From Bdellovibrionales bacterium (GTDB lineage: Bacteria; Bdellovibrionota; Bdellovibrionia; Bdellovibrionales; UBA1609), in contig DAHVQG010000012.1 in the NCBI GenBank assembly GCA_027317865.1, positions 18,336-82,335 on the forward strand: a DNA stretch of 64,000 nucleotides, written 5' to 3'. Both the position numbers and the translations under genes were made by a program. Below the pieces are notes generated by a model. That model was not told where the DNA came from, did no database searches, and worked only from the letters and a program-made list of their open reading frames with translations. Positions 38,830-48,486 of this stretch are shown here, piece after piece (the first letter of the stretch is position 1; each line of letters opens with the position of its first letter).

Positions 38830-40928
38830 TATGCAATCCCCATAGCGTGAATGATCATGTCGATAATTTTGATGCCGATAAAAGGCGCGATCAGCCCACC
38901 CAAACCATAGATCAAAAGATTTCGCCGCAAGACCGAAGATGCCCCCATCGCGCGATATTGCACACCTTTCAACGCAAGCGGAATCAGCGCTACAATGATA
39001 AGCGCATTGAAAATCACCGCACTCAAAATTGCGCTTTCAGGTGAATGAAGGTGCATAATGTTGAGCTCACTCAGCGGCCCTGAGTGAAACCCCTTCATCA
39101 CATAAACTGTACTAAACAGTGCCGGCAAAATAGCGAAATATTTCGCCACATCGTTGGCAATGCTGAAGGTCGTCAGCGACCCGCGAGTCATAAGCAATTG
39201 TTTGCCGATTTCGACAATCTCAATCAATTTTGTTGGATTGCTGTCAAGATCGACCATATTGCCGGCTTCGCGAGCGGCCTGCGTGCCCGTGTTCATCGCC
39301 ACCCCCACGTCGGCTTGCGCGAGCGCCGGGGCATCGTTTGTCCCGTCACCGGTCATCGCAACTAAATGGCCTTTTGCCTGTTCGTCGCGAATACGTTTGA
39401 GCTTTGTTTCGGGTGTCGCCTGGGCCATGAAATCGTCAACACCCGCTTCAGCCGCAATCGCCGCCGCCGTCAGCGGATTGTCACCCGTGATCATCACGGT
39501 GCGAATTCCCATTTTTCGAAGTTCCGCAAAACGCTCTTTAATTCCGCCTTTGACGATGTCTTTGAGCTGTACCACTCCTAAAATAATGTTGCGATCGGCG
39601 ACAACAAGAGGCGTCTGACCGAGACGGGCGATTTCTTCAACTAAGAGGTCAAGCTCGCGCGGCACCTGGCCGCCGTTTGAACGGACATATTCTTTCATCG
39701 CATCTGCGGCACCTTTTCTGATGGCCCGAATGCGGCCGCTTTCTTTCACATCAACGCCGCTCATTCTGGTTTGTGCCGAAAACGGCACAAATGTCGCCTC
39801 GTGAGGTTGTACGCTTTTGGCGCGCAGAGAAAATTTTTCTTTCGCTAAAACAACAATCGAACGCCCTTCGGGGGTTTCGTCTGAAAGCGACGCAAGTTGC
39901 GCGGCTTCGGCTAATTGCTCAACCGTCGCGCCTTTAACCGGTAAAAAAGCCGTGGCCATGCGATTGCCGAGTGTGATCGTCCCCGTTTTATCGAGGAGCA
40001 AAACGTCAATGTCGCCAGCCGCCTCAACCGAACGGCCACTTGTGGCGATGACATTGCGGCGAATAAGACGATCCATCCCGCTGATGCCGATCGCATTGAG
40101 CAAACCGCCAATAGTGGTCGGTATGAGACAAACCAAAAGCGCAATCAGAACCGGCACCGTAACAATCCCTGAAAGGTTCTGCCCGCTTGCCGCAGCCGTG
40201 TAATCGGCAAAAGGTTTTAGAGTCATCACCGCCAAGAGAAAAATAATAGTGAGACCGGATAAGACAATACTCAAAGCAATTTCATTCGGCGTTTTCTGTC
40301 TTTTGGCGCCTTCAACCAGCGCGATCATACGATCGAGAAAAGTCTGCCCTTGTTCGGCGGTAATTTTCACCAAAATCCGGTCACTGATTACGCGTGTACC
40401 ACCTGTCACGGCGCTGCGATCCCCGCCGCTTTCGCGAATAACCGGCGCCGATTCACCCGTAATCGCCGATTCGTCAACGCTGGCGATCCCTTCGATTACT
40501 TCGCCATCTCCGGGGATTACATCACCCGCTTCGCAAACGACAACGTCACCTTTTTTTAATTCGGCGGCATTCACGTGCGTTTCTTTGTCGCCACGCAACC
40601 GCCGGGCAATAGTTGATGTCCGTGTTTTACGAAGTTCCGCAGCTTGCGCTTTACCGCGGCCTTCAGCAATCGCTTCGGCAAAATTCGCAAAAATAACCGT
40701 AAACCACAACCAAACCGCGATTTGAAATTCAAACCCGTGCGATCCGTTACCAAATCCAAATATTGCGTAAACTGTTGTAATAAATGCGCCGATTTCGGTT
40801 ACAAACATGACCGGATTTCGCATTTGCACACGTGGGTCGAGCTTTGTTACGGCGTCTTTAAGCGCCGGCACAAAAATTTCTCTGTCAAACCAATGATGTT
40901 TAGCTTTTCTATGTGTCGCTTCGGCCAT
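38829..40928 (-). CDS. kdpB: K+-transporting ATPase subunit B
   Basis: [25 protein letters not shown]. Confidence 0.98.
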   Translation of the reverse strand: MAEATHRKAKHHWFDREIFVPALKDAVTKLDPRVQMRNPVMFVTEIGAFITTVYAIFGFGNGSHGFEFQIAVWLWFTVIFANFAEAIAEGRGKAQAAELRKTRTSTIARRLRGDKETHVNAAELKKGDVVVCEAGDVIPGDGEVIEGIASVDESAITGESAPVIRESGGDRSAVTGGTRVISDRILVKITAEQGQTFLDRMIALVEGAKRQKTPNEIALSIVLSGLTIIFLLAVMTLKPFADYTAAASGQNLSGIVTVPVLIALLVCLIPTTIGGLLNAIGISGMDRLIRRNVIATSGRSVEAAGDIDVLLLDKTGTITLGNRMATAFLPVKGATVEQLAEAAQLASLSDETPEGRSIVVLAKEKFSLRAKSVQPHEATFVPFSAQTRMSGVDVKESGRIRAIRKGAADAMKEYVRSNGGQVPRELDLLVEEIARLGQTPLVVADRNIILGVVQLKDIVKGGIKERFAELRKMGIRTVMITGDNPLTAAAIAAEAGVDDFMAQATPETKLKRIRDEQAKGHLVAMTGDGTNDAPALAQADVGVAMNTGTQAAREAGNMVDLDSNPTKLIEIVEIGKQLLMTRGSLTTFSIANDVAKYFAILPALFSTVYVMKGFHSGPLSELNIMHLHSPESAILSAVIFNALIIVALIPLALKGVQYRAMGASSVLRRNLLIYGLGGLIAPFIGIKIIDMIIHAMGIA

Positions 40929-40944
40929 AAGGTGAATTCCTCAA

Positions 40945-42684
40945 TTAAAAAGTCACGCCTTTAAGCATTAAAAAGTGTTCAACAATCGGTCCGAGCGAAA
41001 GGGCCGGAACGAAGGTTAGCGCGCCGACAATTATAATCACTCCCGCCAGAAGAATGCCGAAGATCACAGTGTCGGTGGCAAATGTGCCGCTCGATGACGG
41101 CGATATTTTTTTCTTTGCCATCTGACCGGCAATTGCCAGACACGGAATGATAACCACAAATCGGCCGATCAACATCGCAATCGCAAGCATGATATTGTAA
41201 TAGTGCGTGTTCGCGTTGAGACCGGCAAATGCGCTACCGTTGTTAGCCGCCGCCGAAGTAAATGCGTACAAAATTTCGGTCAGGCCATGCGGCCCTTTAT
41301 TTAAAACGCTGGATAGCCCGGCCGGTATGACGGCCGAAATCGCGGCCCCGACAAGAATTGCGGCGCACGGGCCAAGAATTCCAAGAATGGCCATTTTAAT
41401 TTCAGGAGCTTCAATTTTTTTACCCAAATATTCAGGCGATCGCCCGACCATGAGACCCGATAAAAACACCGTCAGTAATACAAAAAGCAGCATGCCGTAC
41501 ATCCCCGCGCCCACGCCGCCAAAAACCACCTCGCCCATCATCATGTTGAAAAGCGCGACGCCACCTGCAAGCGGAGACAAACTCGAATGCATGGCATTCA
41601 CAGAACCGTTTGACGCAACAGTAGTTGCCGTTGACCAAAGCACACTATTTGTAACACCAAAACGGGTTTCAATGCCTTCCATGAGGCCCGATAAATGAAA
41701 AACGGGGTTAGGCGCATATTCGGCGTAAAGCGAAACCGAAAGACCCGCAAACCACAACAGAAACATCACGATAAATAATGTCCAACCTTGTTTTTGCGCC
41801 TTGAGCATTCGCCCGTACGCGTAGGTGAGCGCCGCAGGGATCATTAAGATCGCAAGCATTTCAAAAAAATTCGAAAGCGGGGTCGGATTTTCAAACGGAG
41901 TCGCGCTGTTGGCGTTAAAAAATCCGCCGCCGTTCGTGCCGATTTGCTTAATCGCGACTTGCGACGCCGCCGGGCCAAGCGGAATAACTTGTTTTACTCC
42001 TGCAACCGTCGTCGCTGTTTTGTACGCGTCAAAACTTTGCACGACGCCCTGGCTCATCAAAACGATCGCCCATACGAACGCAAGCGGGAGCAAAATATAA
42101 ACCGTGACGCGTGTGACATCGACCCAAAAATTGCCGATGCCGCCGCCGTTTGGGTCCGCTTCGCGATCTAATCCGCGAGCAGGCGCAGAACCCGGGCGCT
42201 TGATTATTCCGCGAGTAAGGGCCAAAAATACGGCCATGCCCGTAGCCGCGCTCAAGAAATTTTGCACGGCAAGCCCCGACATTTGGGTGAGATACGACAT
42301 CGTCGTTTCACCGGCGTAACTTTGCCAGTTGGTGTTGGTCATAAAACTTACGGCGGTGTTGAAAGCCAACCGCCACGACACATTCGGTAAATGTTGTGGA
42401 TTGAGCGGCAAACCATGTTGAAACATCTGCAGAAGCAAAACAGCAAGAAAACCAAAAAAGTTAAACCACAATAGCGCTTTGGTGTAGTCCAACCAATCCA
42501 TAGAAACCCGCGTATGAGCGCGGCCGATGACGCGATAAGTGAACTTTTCAAGCCAGCCAAGTATGGGAGTCAAAAAGGTGCGCTCGCCTTCGCATACACG
42601 GGCAATGTACCGCCCCAGCACAGGCGTCAGTAGAATCAGCGCCAAAATATAAATCGCGATCTGTTCAAAGTCGTTAAATCTCAT
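40945..42684 (-). CDS. kdpA: K+-transporting ATPase subunit A
   Basis: SFMTNTNWQSY, IGTNGGG, SNGSVN, NNGSAFAGL. Confidence 0.98.
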   Translation of the reverse strand: MRFNDFEQIAIYILALILLTPVLGRYIARVCEGERTFLTPILGWLEKFTYRVIGRAHTRVSMDWLDYTKALLWFNFFGFLAVLLLQMFQHGLPLNPQHLPNVSWRLAFNTAVSFMTNTNWQSYAGETTMSYLTQMSGLAVQNFLSAATGMAVFLALTRGIIKRPGSAPARGLDREADPNGGGIGNFWVDVTRVTVYILLPLAFVWAIVLMSQGVVQSFDAYKTATTVAGVKQVIPLGPAASQVAIKQIGTNGGGFFNANSATPFENPTPLSNFFEMLAILMIPAALTYAYGRMLKAQKQGWTLFIVMFLLWFAGLSVSLYAEYAPNPVFHLSGLMEGIETRFGVTNSVLWSTATTVASNGSVNAMHSSLSPLAGGVALFNMMMGEVVFGGVGAGMYGMLLFVLLTVFLSGLMVGRSPEYLGKKIEAPEIKMAILGILGPCAAILVGAAISAVIPAGLSSVLNKGPHGLTEILYAFTSAAANNGSAFAGLNANTHYYNIMLAIAMLIGRFVVIIPCLAIAGQMAKKKISPSSSGTFATDTVIFGILLAGVIIIVGALTFVPALSLGPIVEHFLMLKGVTF

Positions 42685-42703
42685 GTTGCTCTTTCACGAA
42701 AAA

Positions 42704-42787
42704 TCAAAATTTCTCGGGATTGAAAAGTGCGTACACCAAATACACCAAAACGGCGGCGCCTATAATGCCAACAATAATAAAGCCCAT
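42704..42787 (-). CDS. kdpF: KdpF small subunit (not in ORF track)
   Basis: Read manually: MGFIIVGIIGAAVLVYLVYALFNPEKF*, with the YL.YAL..PEKF signature, directly upstream of kdpA. Confidence 0.92.
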   Translation of the reverse strand: MGFIIVGIIGAAVLVYLVYALFNPEKF

Positions 42788-42813
42788 ATAATCACCAGCG
42801 TATATCCAAACAC

Positions 42814-42843
42814 CGTAAAAAATCCGTAAAAATCGTAAAAAAG
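42814..42843 (-). promoter_or_regulatory. Candidate KdpE-binding direct repeats
   Basis: CGTAAAAA at 42814, 42825 and 42834 (TTTTTACG on the minus strand), upstream of kdpF; resembles the T-rich TTTTTACA KdpE site. Confidence 0.55.
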
Positions 42844-42846
42844 CGA

Positions 42847-43539
42847 TTAAACGATGCGATATCCAATGCCCGGCTCTGTAAGAATATGCACGGGATGTGA
42901 CGAGTCTATCTCAATTTTTTTTCGCAGTTGCGCGACGTATATGCGCAAATAATGGGTTTGGTCGATCGACGTACGACCCCAAATTTGAGTTAAAAGTTGC
43001 GCCTGTGAAACGACTTTACCTTGATGGCGCACAAGCGCAATCAGTAGCTCGTACTCGGTGCCGGTCAGCTTGAGCAATTCATCGCCGCGGCGAACTTCAC
43101 GCGAATTTATGTTCACCTCAAGGTCTCCTGATATAAAAACCGGTGTCGCTTCTTCGGCGTTGTGATGACGCAAACTGACCCGGATGCGCGCGAGAAGTTC
43201 AGGTGTGCCGAACGGTTTCGTCAGGTAGTCATCCGCTCCCGCGTCCAGAAGCGCAACTTTAGTGCTCTGATCGTCCGTCACTGTTAATACAACCACGGGC
43301 ACATTTGTCCATCGCCTGAGTGTGCGCAAAAAATCGATGCCGTTCATGTCGGGTAGGCCGAGATCTAAAATAATAAGATGAGGATGAAATTCAGCGGCTT
43401 TTTCTAGACCTTCAGTTCCGCTCGCAGCTTCTGAAACCTCGAAACTTTGATTATTGAGTTGGTGGTTTGACAAATGAATTCGCAAAATCTTTCGAATGGC
43501 GACCTCATCATCGACGATGAGGATTCGGCTCGTACTCAT
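42847..43539 (-). CDS. kdpE: OmpR-family response regulator KdpE
   Basis: LDLGLPD, LDAGADDYLTKPF, THYLRIYVAQLRKKIE, ILTEPGIGYR. Confidence 0.93.
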   Translation of the reverse strand: MSTSRILIVDDEVAIRKILRIHLSNHQLNNQSFEVSEAASGTEGLEKAAEFHPHLIILDLGLPDMNGIDFLRTLRRWTNVPVVVLTVTDDQSTKVALLDAGADDYLTKPFGTPELLARIRVSLRHHNAEEATPVFISGDLEVNINSREVRRGDELLKLTGTEYELLIALVRHQGKVVSQAQLLTQIWGRTSIDQTHYLRIYVAQLRKKIEIDSSHPVHILTEPGIGYRIV

Positions 43540-43572
43540 ACTGAGCAGCCTAAGTCAATCGGCGGGGAAGAA

Positions 43573-44379
43573 TCAACCGAAATGGCCGGTGACGTATTGT
43601 TTTGTCAGCTTTTGTTTTGGTTCGTTAAACAATTGACTCGTTTTGCTGAATTCAATCAGTTCGCCCATGTACATTAGCGCGGCGTAATCGGCTATTCGTG
43701 CCGCTTGCTGCATGTTGTGGGTCACCATCACGACCGTGTAATCGTTTTTGATTTCATGAATCAGCTCTTCAATTTTGGCCGAAGCCACCGGGTCAAGTGC
43801 GGACGTCGGTTCATCAAGGAGCAAAACCTCAGGGCGCACGGCAATGGCGCGCGCGATGCACAGGCGCTGTTGTTGCCCACCCGAAAGACGCGTTCCGCTT
43901 TTTTTCAGTTTATCTTTGACTTCGGGCCAAAGCGCCGCTTTTTCAAGCGCCCACTGCACGCGATCATGCATTTCACTTTTTGTGAGATTTTCGTGGAGGC
44001 GCACTCCAAAGGCGACGTTGTCAAATATCGTCATCGGAAACGGCGTCGGTTTTTGAAAAACCATGCCGATCTTCGAACGCAACTGATTCACATCGTATTT
44101 AGAATCTAAAATATTTTGCCCGTTCATTATCGCTTCGCCGGTCACGCGATGTTTCGGATACAGTTCAAAAATCCGGTTCAAACTTCGCAGGAGTGACGAC
44201 TTACCGCAACCCGAAGGGCCAATGAGCGCGGTCACCGTGTTTTCAGAAATTCGCATACTCACCGATTTCACCGCGTGAAAATCGCCGTAGTAAAAATTCA
44301 AATTTCGCACATCGAGTTTAATTCGAGTCATAATCGGGAGCAATTTGCTGCTCGACGCCGCCGGTGTGTGGATTTCCAT
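43573..44379 (-). CDS. pstB: Phosphate ABC transporter ATPase
   Basis: [39 protein letters not shown]. Confidence 0.97.
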   Translation of the reverse strand: MEIHTPAASSSKLLPIMTRIKLDVRNLNFYYGDFHAVKSVSMRISENTVTALIGPSGCGKSSLLRSLNRIFELYPKHRVTGEAIMNGQNILDSKYDVNQLRSKIGMVFQKPTPFPMTIFDNVAFGVRLHENLTKSEMHDRVQWALEKAALWPEVKDKLKKSGTRLSGGQQQRLCIARAIAVRPEVLLLDEPTSALDPVASAKIEELIHEIKNDYTVVMVTHNMQQAARIADYAALMYMGELIEFSKTSQLFNEPKQKLTKQYVTGHFG

Positions 44380-45228
44380 TTAAAACACTCCTTGATGAGA
44401 TCGGCCAAAAAGACGCGCCATTACGTTGAGAGCAAGTACACCTAAAGTAATCAGCAAAGCCCCTGCCCAAGCGAGATGCTGCCAATCGTTGTACGGGCTC
44501 ATGGCGAACTGAAAAATGACGATGGGCAAACTCGCCATCGGCTTCGCCATATTGGTGCTCCAAAACTGATTATTCAAACTGGTGAAAAGCAACGGCGCCG
44601 TTTCGCCGCTAATGCGCGCAATCGCAAGCAGCACGCCCGTTAGAATTCCCGTCTTGGCGGAGCGATAACTAATGGACCAAACCACTCGCCAACGTGGTGC
44701 CCCCAATGCGGCGGCCGCTTCACGAAGTTGGGAGGGTACCATCTTGAGCATATTTTCAGTGCTCGTAACAATCACGGGGACCAGAATCACCGTTAGCGCC
44801 GCGGCTCCGGCCCATCCTGAAAAATGCCCGGTGCGCGCTACGATGACCGCATAGATAAAAAACCCGATCACGATCGACGGTGCCGAAAGCAAAATCTCAT
44901 TGAGTAAACGAACGATATTTACCCAACGGGGTTTGTCGTTGAACTCGGCGAGATATGTCCCCGCAAGAATGCCCAAAGGAGTGCCAATTAATGTTGCCGT
45001 ACCGGTCAAAAAAGCGCTGCCCACGATCGCATTGCGAAGGCCCCCCGCCGAGCCGGGCGGCGGAGTTTCGCGCGTAAAAATATGCGTGGTCAATGCCGGT
45101 AAACCATTTTTAATGAGTGTCCATAATATAGCTCCGAGAAAAAATAAGCCGAAGGCCATGGCCAAATAGGCCATTGAAAGCGCGGCAAAGTTCGTGATTT
45201 TGCGCCGCCGCGCCTTAATAGTTTTCAC
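44380..45228 (-). CDS. pstA: Phosphate ABC transporter permease (GTG 45228 overlaps the pstC stop)
   Basis: SAPSIVIG, LREAAAALG, ARISGETAPLL. Confidence 0.95.
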   Translation of the reverse strand: MKTIKARRRKITNFAALSMAYLAMAFGLFFLGAILWTLIKNGLPALTTHIFTRETPPPGSAGGLRNAIVGSAFLTGTATLIGTPLGILAGTYLAEFNDKPRWVNIVRLLNEILLSAPSIVIGFFIYAVIVARTGHFSGWAGAAALTVILVPVIVTSTENMLKMVPSQLREAAAALGAPRWRVVWSISYRSAKTGILTGVLLAIARISGETAPLLFTSLNNQFWSTNMAKPMASLPIVIFQFAMSPYNDWQHLAWAGALLITLGVLALNVMARLFGRSHQGVF

Positions 45229-46178
45229 GCCAGAACCTCGTTTTTGCGTTTCACACTCCACAAGATCCATTTCGCCGTCGCCAATACTAAAAACGTTAAA
45301 ACAAACAAAATCAGCCCAAGCTCAATCAGCGAAGACGTGTAAATCGGGCCGATCGCTTCGGTAAATTCGTTCGCGAGTGTCGATGAAATTGTCGCGCCCG
45401 GCATAAAAAGCGACCGCGTCAATTGGTGGGCATTGCCAATGACAAATGTCACGGCCATGGTTTCACCAAGCGCGCGACCCAAACCAAGAATGATGCCGCC
45501 GACAACACCCGCTCGCGTTTCAGGTAAAACAATTTGAGAGACGACCTCCCACGTCGTAGCGCCGGTACCATAGGCCGATTCTTTCAACACGGGCGGAACA
45601 AGCAAAAATACATCGCGCATCACGGCCGAAATAAATGGAATGATCATGATGGCCAAAATAAAACCGGCCGTAAAAACTCCGATCCCCATTGGGGGCCCTT
45701 GCACCCATGCGCCAACAATGGGCCAAGTCCCGACGTGCGTTGTGATCCACGGTTCGATCGTGTTTGCAAAAAACGGAGCAAAAACGAAAAGTCCCCACAT
45801 CCCAAAAATAATACTCGGGATGGCCGCCAAAAGATCAATGGCCATGCCGAGTGGCGTGCGCAAAAGACGCGGTGAAATTTCTGTAAGAAAAAGGGCAATG
45901 CCGAAGCTCACAGGCACCGCGATAATAAGCGCGATGACCGATGTGATGATCGTGCCGTATACCGGAACCACCGCGCCGAATTTTTCGGTTACTGGGTTCC
46001 AAACGTGTGAAACGAGAAAATGTAAACCAAATGCGTGAAGCGACGGACCGCTACCGTGCCACAACATGACGACGATGCCGACAAGCGCAATCGGAACCAT
46101 CGCCGCTGCAAACGCAGTCACTTGTTTGAATGTGAACTCAATTATGCGCTGCTTAGAGTTGGTCAACAACCGGAGCAC
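45225..46178 (-). CDS. pstC: Phosphate ABC transporter permease
   Basis: LLAAIPSIIFG, GLGRALGETMAV. Confidence 0.95.
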   Translation of the reverse strand: MLRLLTNSKQRIIEFTFKQVTAFAAAMVPIALVGIVVMLWHGSGPSLHAFGLHFLVSHVWNPVTEKFGAVVPVYGTIITSVIALIIAVPVSFGIALFLTEISPRLLRTPLGMAIDLLAAIPSIIFGMWGLFVFAPFFANTIEPWITTHVGTWPIVGAWVQGPPMGIGVFTAGFILAIMIIPFISAVMRDVFLLVPPVLKESAYGTGATTWEVVSQIVLPETRAGVVGGIILGLGRALGETMAVTFVIGNAHQLTRSLFMPGATISSTLANEFTEAIGPIYTSSLIELGLILFVLTFLVLATAKWILWSVKRKNEVLA

Positions 46179-47220
46179 CTTTTTTCGATTTCAGGCTTGT
46201 ATGCCAAGTTCGGGCAATTTCGCGCACCGTATTTGGCGGAATCGGTACATAATCCAAACCTTCGGCCATGCGTGCGCCGTTAAGATACGCCCAATGAAAG
46301 AACTGTAGAGCCGCTCGCGCGTGTTGCACGTTCGATTGCGTTTTTTGCATGAGTATGAACGTTGAACCGGCGATCGGCCAACTGGTGATACCCGGCGCAT
46401 TCGTTAAAATTAAATGGTAATCGACGGCTTTTGCCCATTCCGCTTTTGCAGCGGCGGCACGAAATGCACGCATGGTCGGTTCAACAAATCGGCCTGCACG
46501 GTTTTTGACCTGCGCATAAATCATGTGGTTTTGCATCGCGTACGCATACTCCACATAGCCGATGGAGCCATTGATGCGCTCCACGTAAGACGCGACACCC
46601 TCGTTGCCTTTGCCGCCAACGCCAACGGGCCAATTGACTGCCGTGCCGTCGCCCACTTTTGTCTTCCACGCCGGGCTGACTTTCGAAAGAAAATTGGTCC
46701 ATATAAATGTCGTGCCCGAACCATCGGCGCGATGAATGACCGAAATCTCTTCATTCGGGAGCTTCACATTGCGATTGAGCGCCTTAATACGTGGATCATT
46801 CCATTTGGTAATTTTGCCAAGATAAATTTGTGCAAGTACCGGCCCCGTAAGTTTGAGTTGCCCCGGCTTAAGACCGGCGACATGGACGACAGGTACGGTC
46901 GCACCACAAATAATCGGAAATTGAACTAAATGGTTTTTAGTGAGCACCGCGGGTTCGAGCGGCATATCCGAAGCGCCAAAATCAACCGTTTTTGCTTCGA
47001 TTTGTTGAATGCCCCCACCGGAGCCAATCGACTGATAATTAATTTGTGTCCCGGTTTTTCTGTGGTACAGCGCCGCCCATTTAGCTAAGATCGGATAGAC
47101 AAAAGTCGAGCCCGCGCCCGTAATCGTAACCGCTCGATTTGCGGCACGTGTTTGCAGTGAGAACGTTGTTGCTAATGTCACCAATGCGATGATGAGCGCC
47201 GATTTTAAGCTCAGTTTCAT
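46153..47220 (-). CDS. pstS: Phosphate-binding protein
   Basis: GAGSTF, YQSIGSGGG, DFGASD, RADGSGTT, GGKGNEGV. Confidence 0.97.
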   Translation of the reverse strand: MKLSLKSALIIALVTLATTFSLQTRAANRAVTITGAGSTFVYPILAKWAALYHRKTGTQINYQSIGSGGGIQQIEAKTVDFGASDMPLEPAVLTKNHLVQFPIICGATVPVVHVAGLKPGQLKLTGPVLAQIYLGKITKWNDPRIKALNRNVKLPNEEISVIHRADGSGTTFIWTNFLSKVSPAWKTKVGDGTAVNWPVGVGGKGNEGVASYVERINGSIGYVEYAYAMQNHMIYAQVKNRAGRFVEPTMRAFRAAAAKAEWAKAVDYHLILTNAPGITSWPIAGSTFILMQKTQSNVQHARAALQFFHWAYLNGARMAEGLDYVPIPPNTVREIARTWHTSLKSKKGAPVVDQL

Positions 47221-47324
47221 GTTTGCTCCCATTCCTAGAGGTTTTAGTTCTAGCTTAAGATATAAGATCGGCCGGCGACCGTTTCAAACCGGAACAATCA
47301 TTCAAATCAAAATCTAATCGGCTG

Positions 47325-47339
47325 GTCTCAAATTGAGAC
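47325..47339. promoter_or_regulatory. Palindromic site GTCTCA-N3-TGAGAC
   Basis: GTCTCAAATTGAGAC with perfectly complementary arms; variants recur before other surface genes. Confidence 0.55.
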
Positions 47340-47423
47340 GGTAAATGCCTGCCGGTTTGATCTGAGATCATTGTGGCGTAGACTATAGACTGCGCATGCA
47401 TTTTGAAATCGCGAGGCACTTGT

Positions 47424-48482
47424 ATGTTTAAAATTTCTTTATGTTTCAATTTTCACAATCGACGCGATTTCGAGCGCGGGTTCAGCCTGATCGAAGTCAT
47501 GGTCGTGCTCGCGATTATGTCAATAATTTCGATAGGCATGGCCGATTACATTTCTAATATCACTAACCAACAAAGAATTATGATGCAAAATACCGAGGCC
47601 TTGAGCATTGATACTAATCTTACTAGCTTGATGGCGCCTGCGACTGGCAACTGCACCGGAAATGTCTACGCGGCCGATATAACCTTTACGGGAACTCCGC
47701 CGACGACGGCGTGTCTCGCGGGCCCGAGTGGCAGCGGTTGCGCCCATCAATCACTTCATTATTACAACTCTAGCGGCGCCGCCCTTGCGAAGGACATTAT
47801 AACCGGGACAAACCTCGATAGCACAGGGCTTGAAGTTTCAAATGTTGAACTGACAAATATCTCGGGTACCGGGCCGTATACCGCCAATGTCGTCATAAAT
47901 TTCACCAGCGCCATACCGCCCGACCCTCCATCCTTCGAGTTGCCCGCGCCGATTATGCTGAATACGTCGACATCGGGAGGCAGCACTAAATTTCAGTCGT
48001 GCAGTGCAACGGCTTGCGCAACTGGCTATACACTCGTCAGCAATGGCTCAGGCGATCAGTTTTGCATCAACACACACGCAAATCCCCCGAGTATGTTTCC
48101 TCAGGCCATGCGGGCCTGCCTCAGTTCTTCTCCGATGGCACAGGTCTGTTCACAACAACAATGGGTAGATGCTTGCCTTTGGGATCGGATAACAAATGGC
48201 GGGCCACCGTATGATGATGGTGGCGTGAGGTTGGACATGGGTGAGCAGGTCTGGGGCAGCGGAGGCAACGGCAACCCCGGTGGTACTAGTGAGTGGGTTA
48301 ACCAACTTAACATGGCGCGCACCGGCGGCACGAATTGGTTCCATAGCGCTACCATAATGGGAGGCGCAGCAAGCGTCGGGCCACAACAGCATAAATGTTA
48401 CTCGTTTCAACAGTGGACCAATCCGCACGGCAATCAGTTTCTTAATACTTATTATAGTTACCGATGCTGCTATCAACCATAA
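47424..48482 (+). CDS. Prepilin-type (type IV minor pilin-like) protein with Cys-rich C-terminal domain
   Basis: RG|FSLIEVMVVLAIMS cleavage/methylation motif; GAGG RBS before ATG 47424. Confidence 0.85.
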   Translation: MFKISLCFNFHNRRDFERGFSLIEVMVVLAIMSIISIGMADYISNITNQQRIMMQNTEALSIDTNLTSLMAPATGNCTGNVYAADITFTGTPPTTACLAGPSGSGCAHQSLHYYNSSGAALAKDIITGTNLDSTGLEVSNVELTNISGTGPYTANVVINFTSAIPPDPPSFELPAPIMLNTSTSGGSTKFQSCSATACATGYTLVSNGSGDQFCINTHANPPSMFPQAMRACLSSSPMAQVCSQQQWVDACLWDRITNGGPPYDDGGVRLDMGEQVWGSGGNGNPGGTSEWVNQLNMARTGGTNWFHSATIMGGAASVGPQQHKCYSFQQWTNPHGNQFLNTYYSYRCCYQP

Positions 48483-48486
48483 AAGT

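Noticed and set aside
47221-47320. Pho box upstream of pstS
   Set aside because: No convincing CTGTCAT-type 11-bp direct repeat found by eye.
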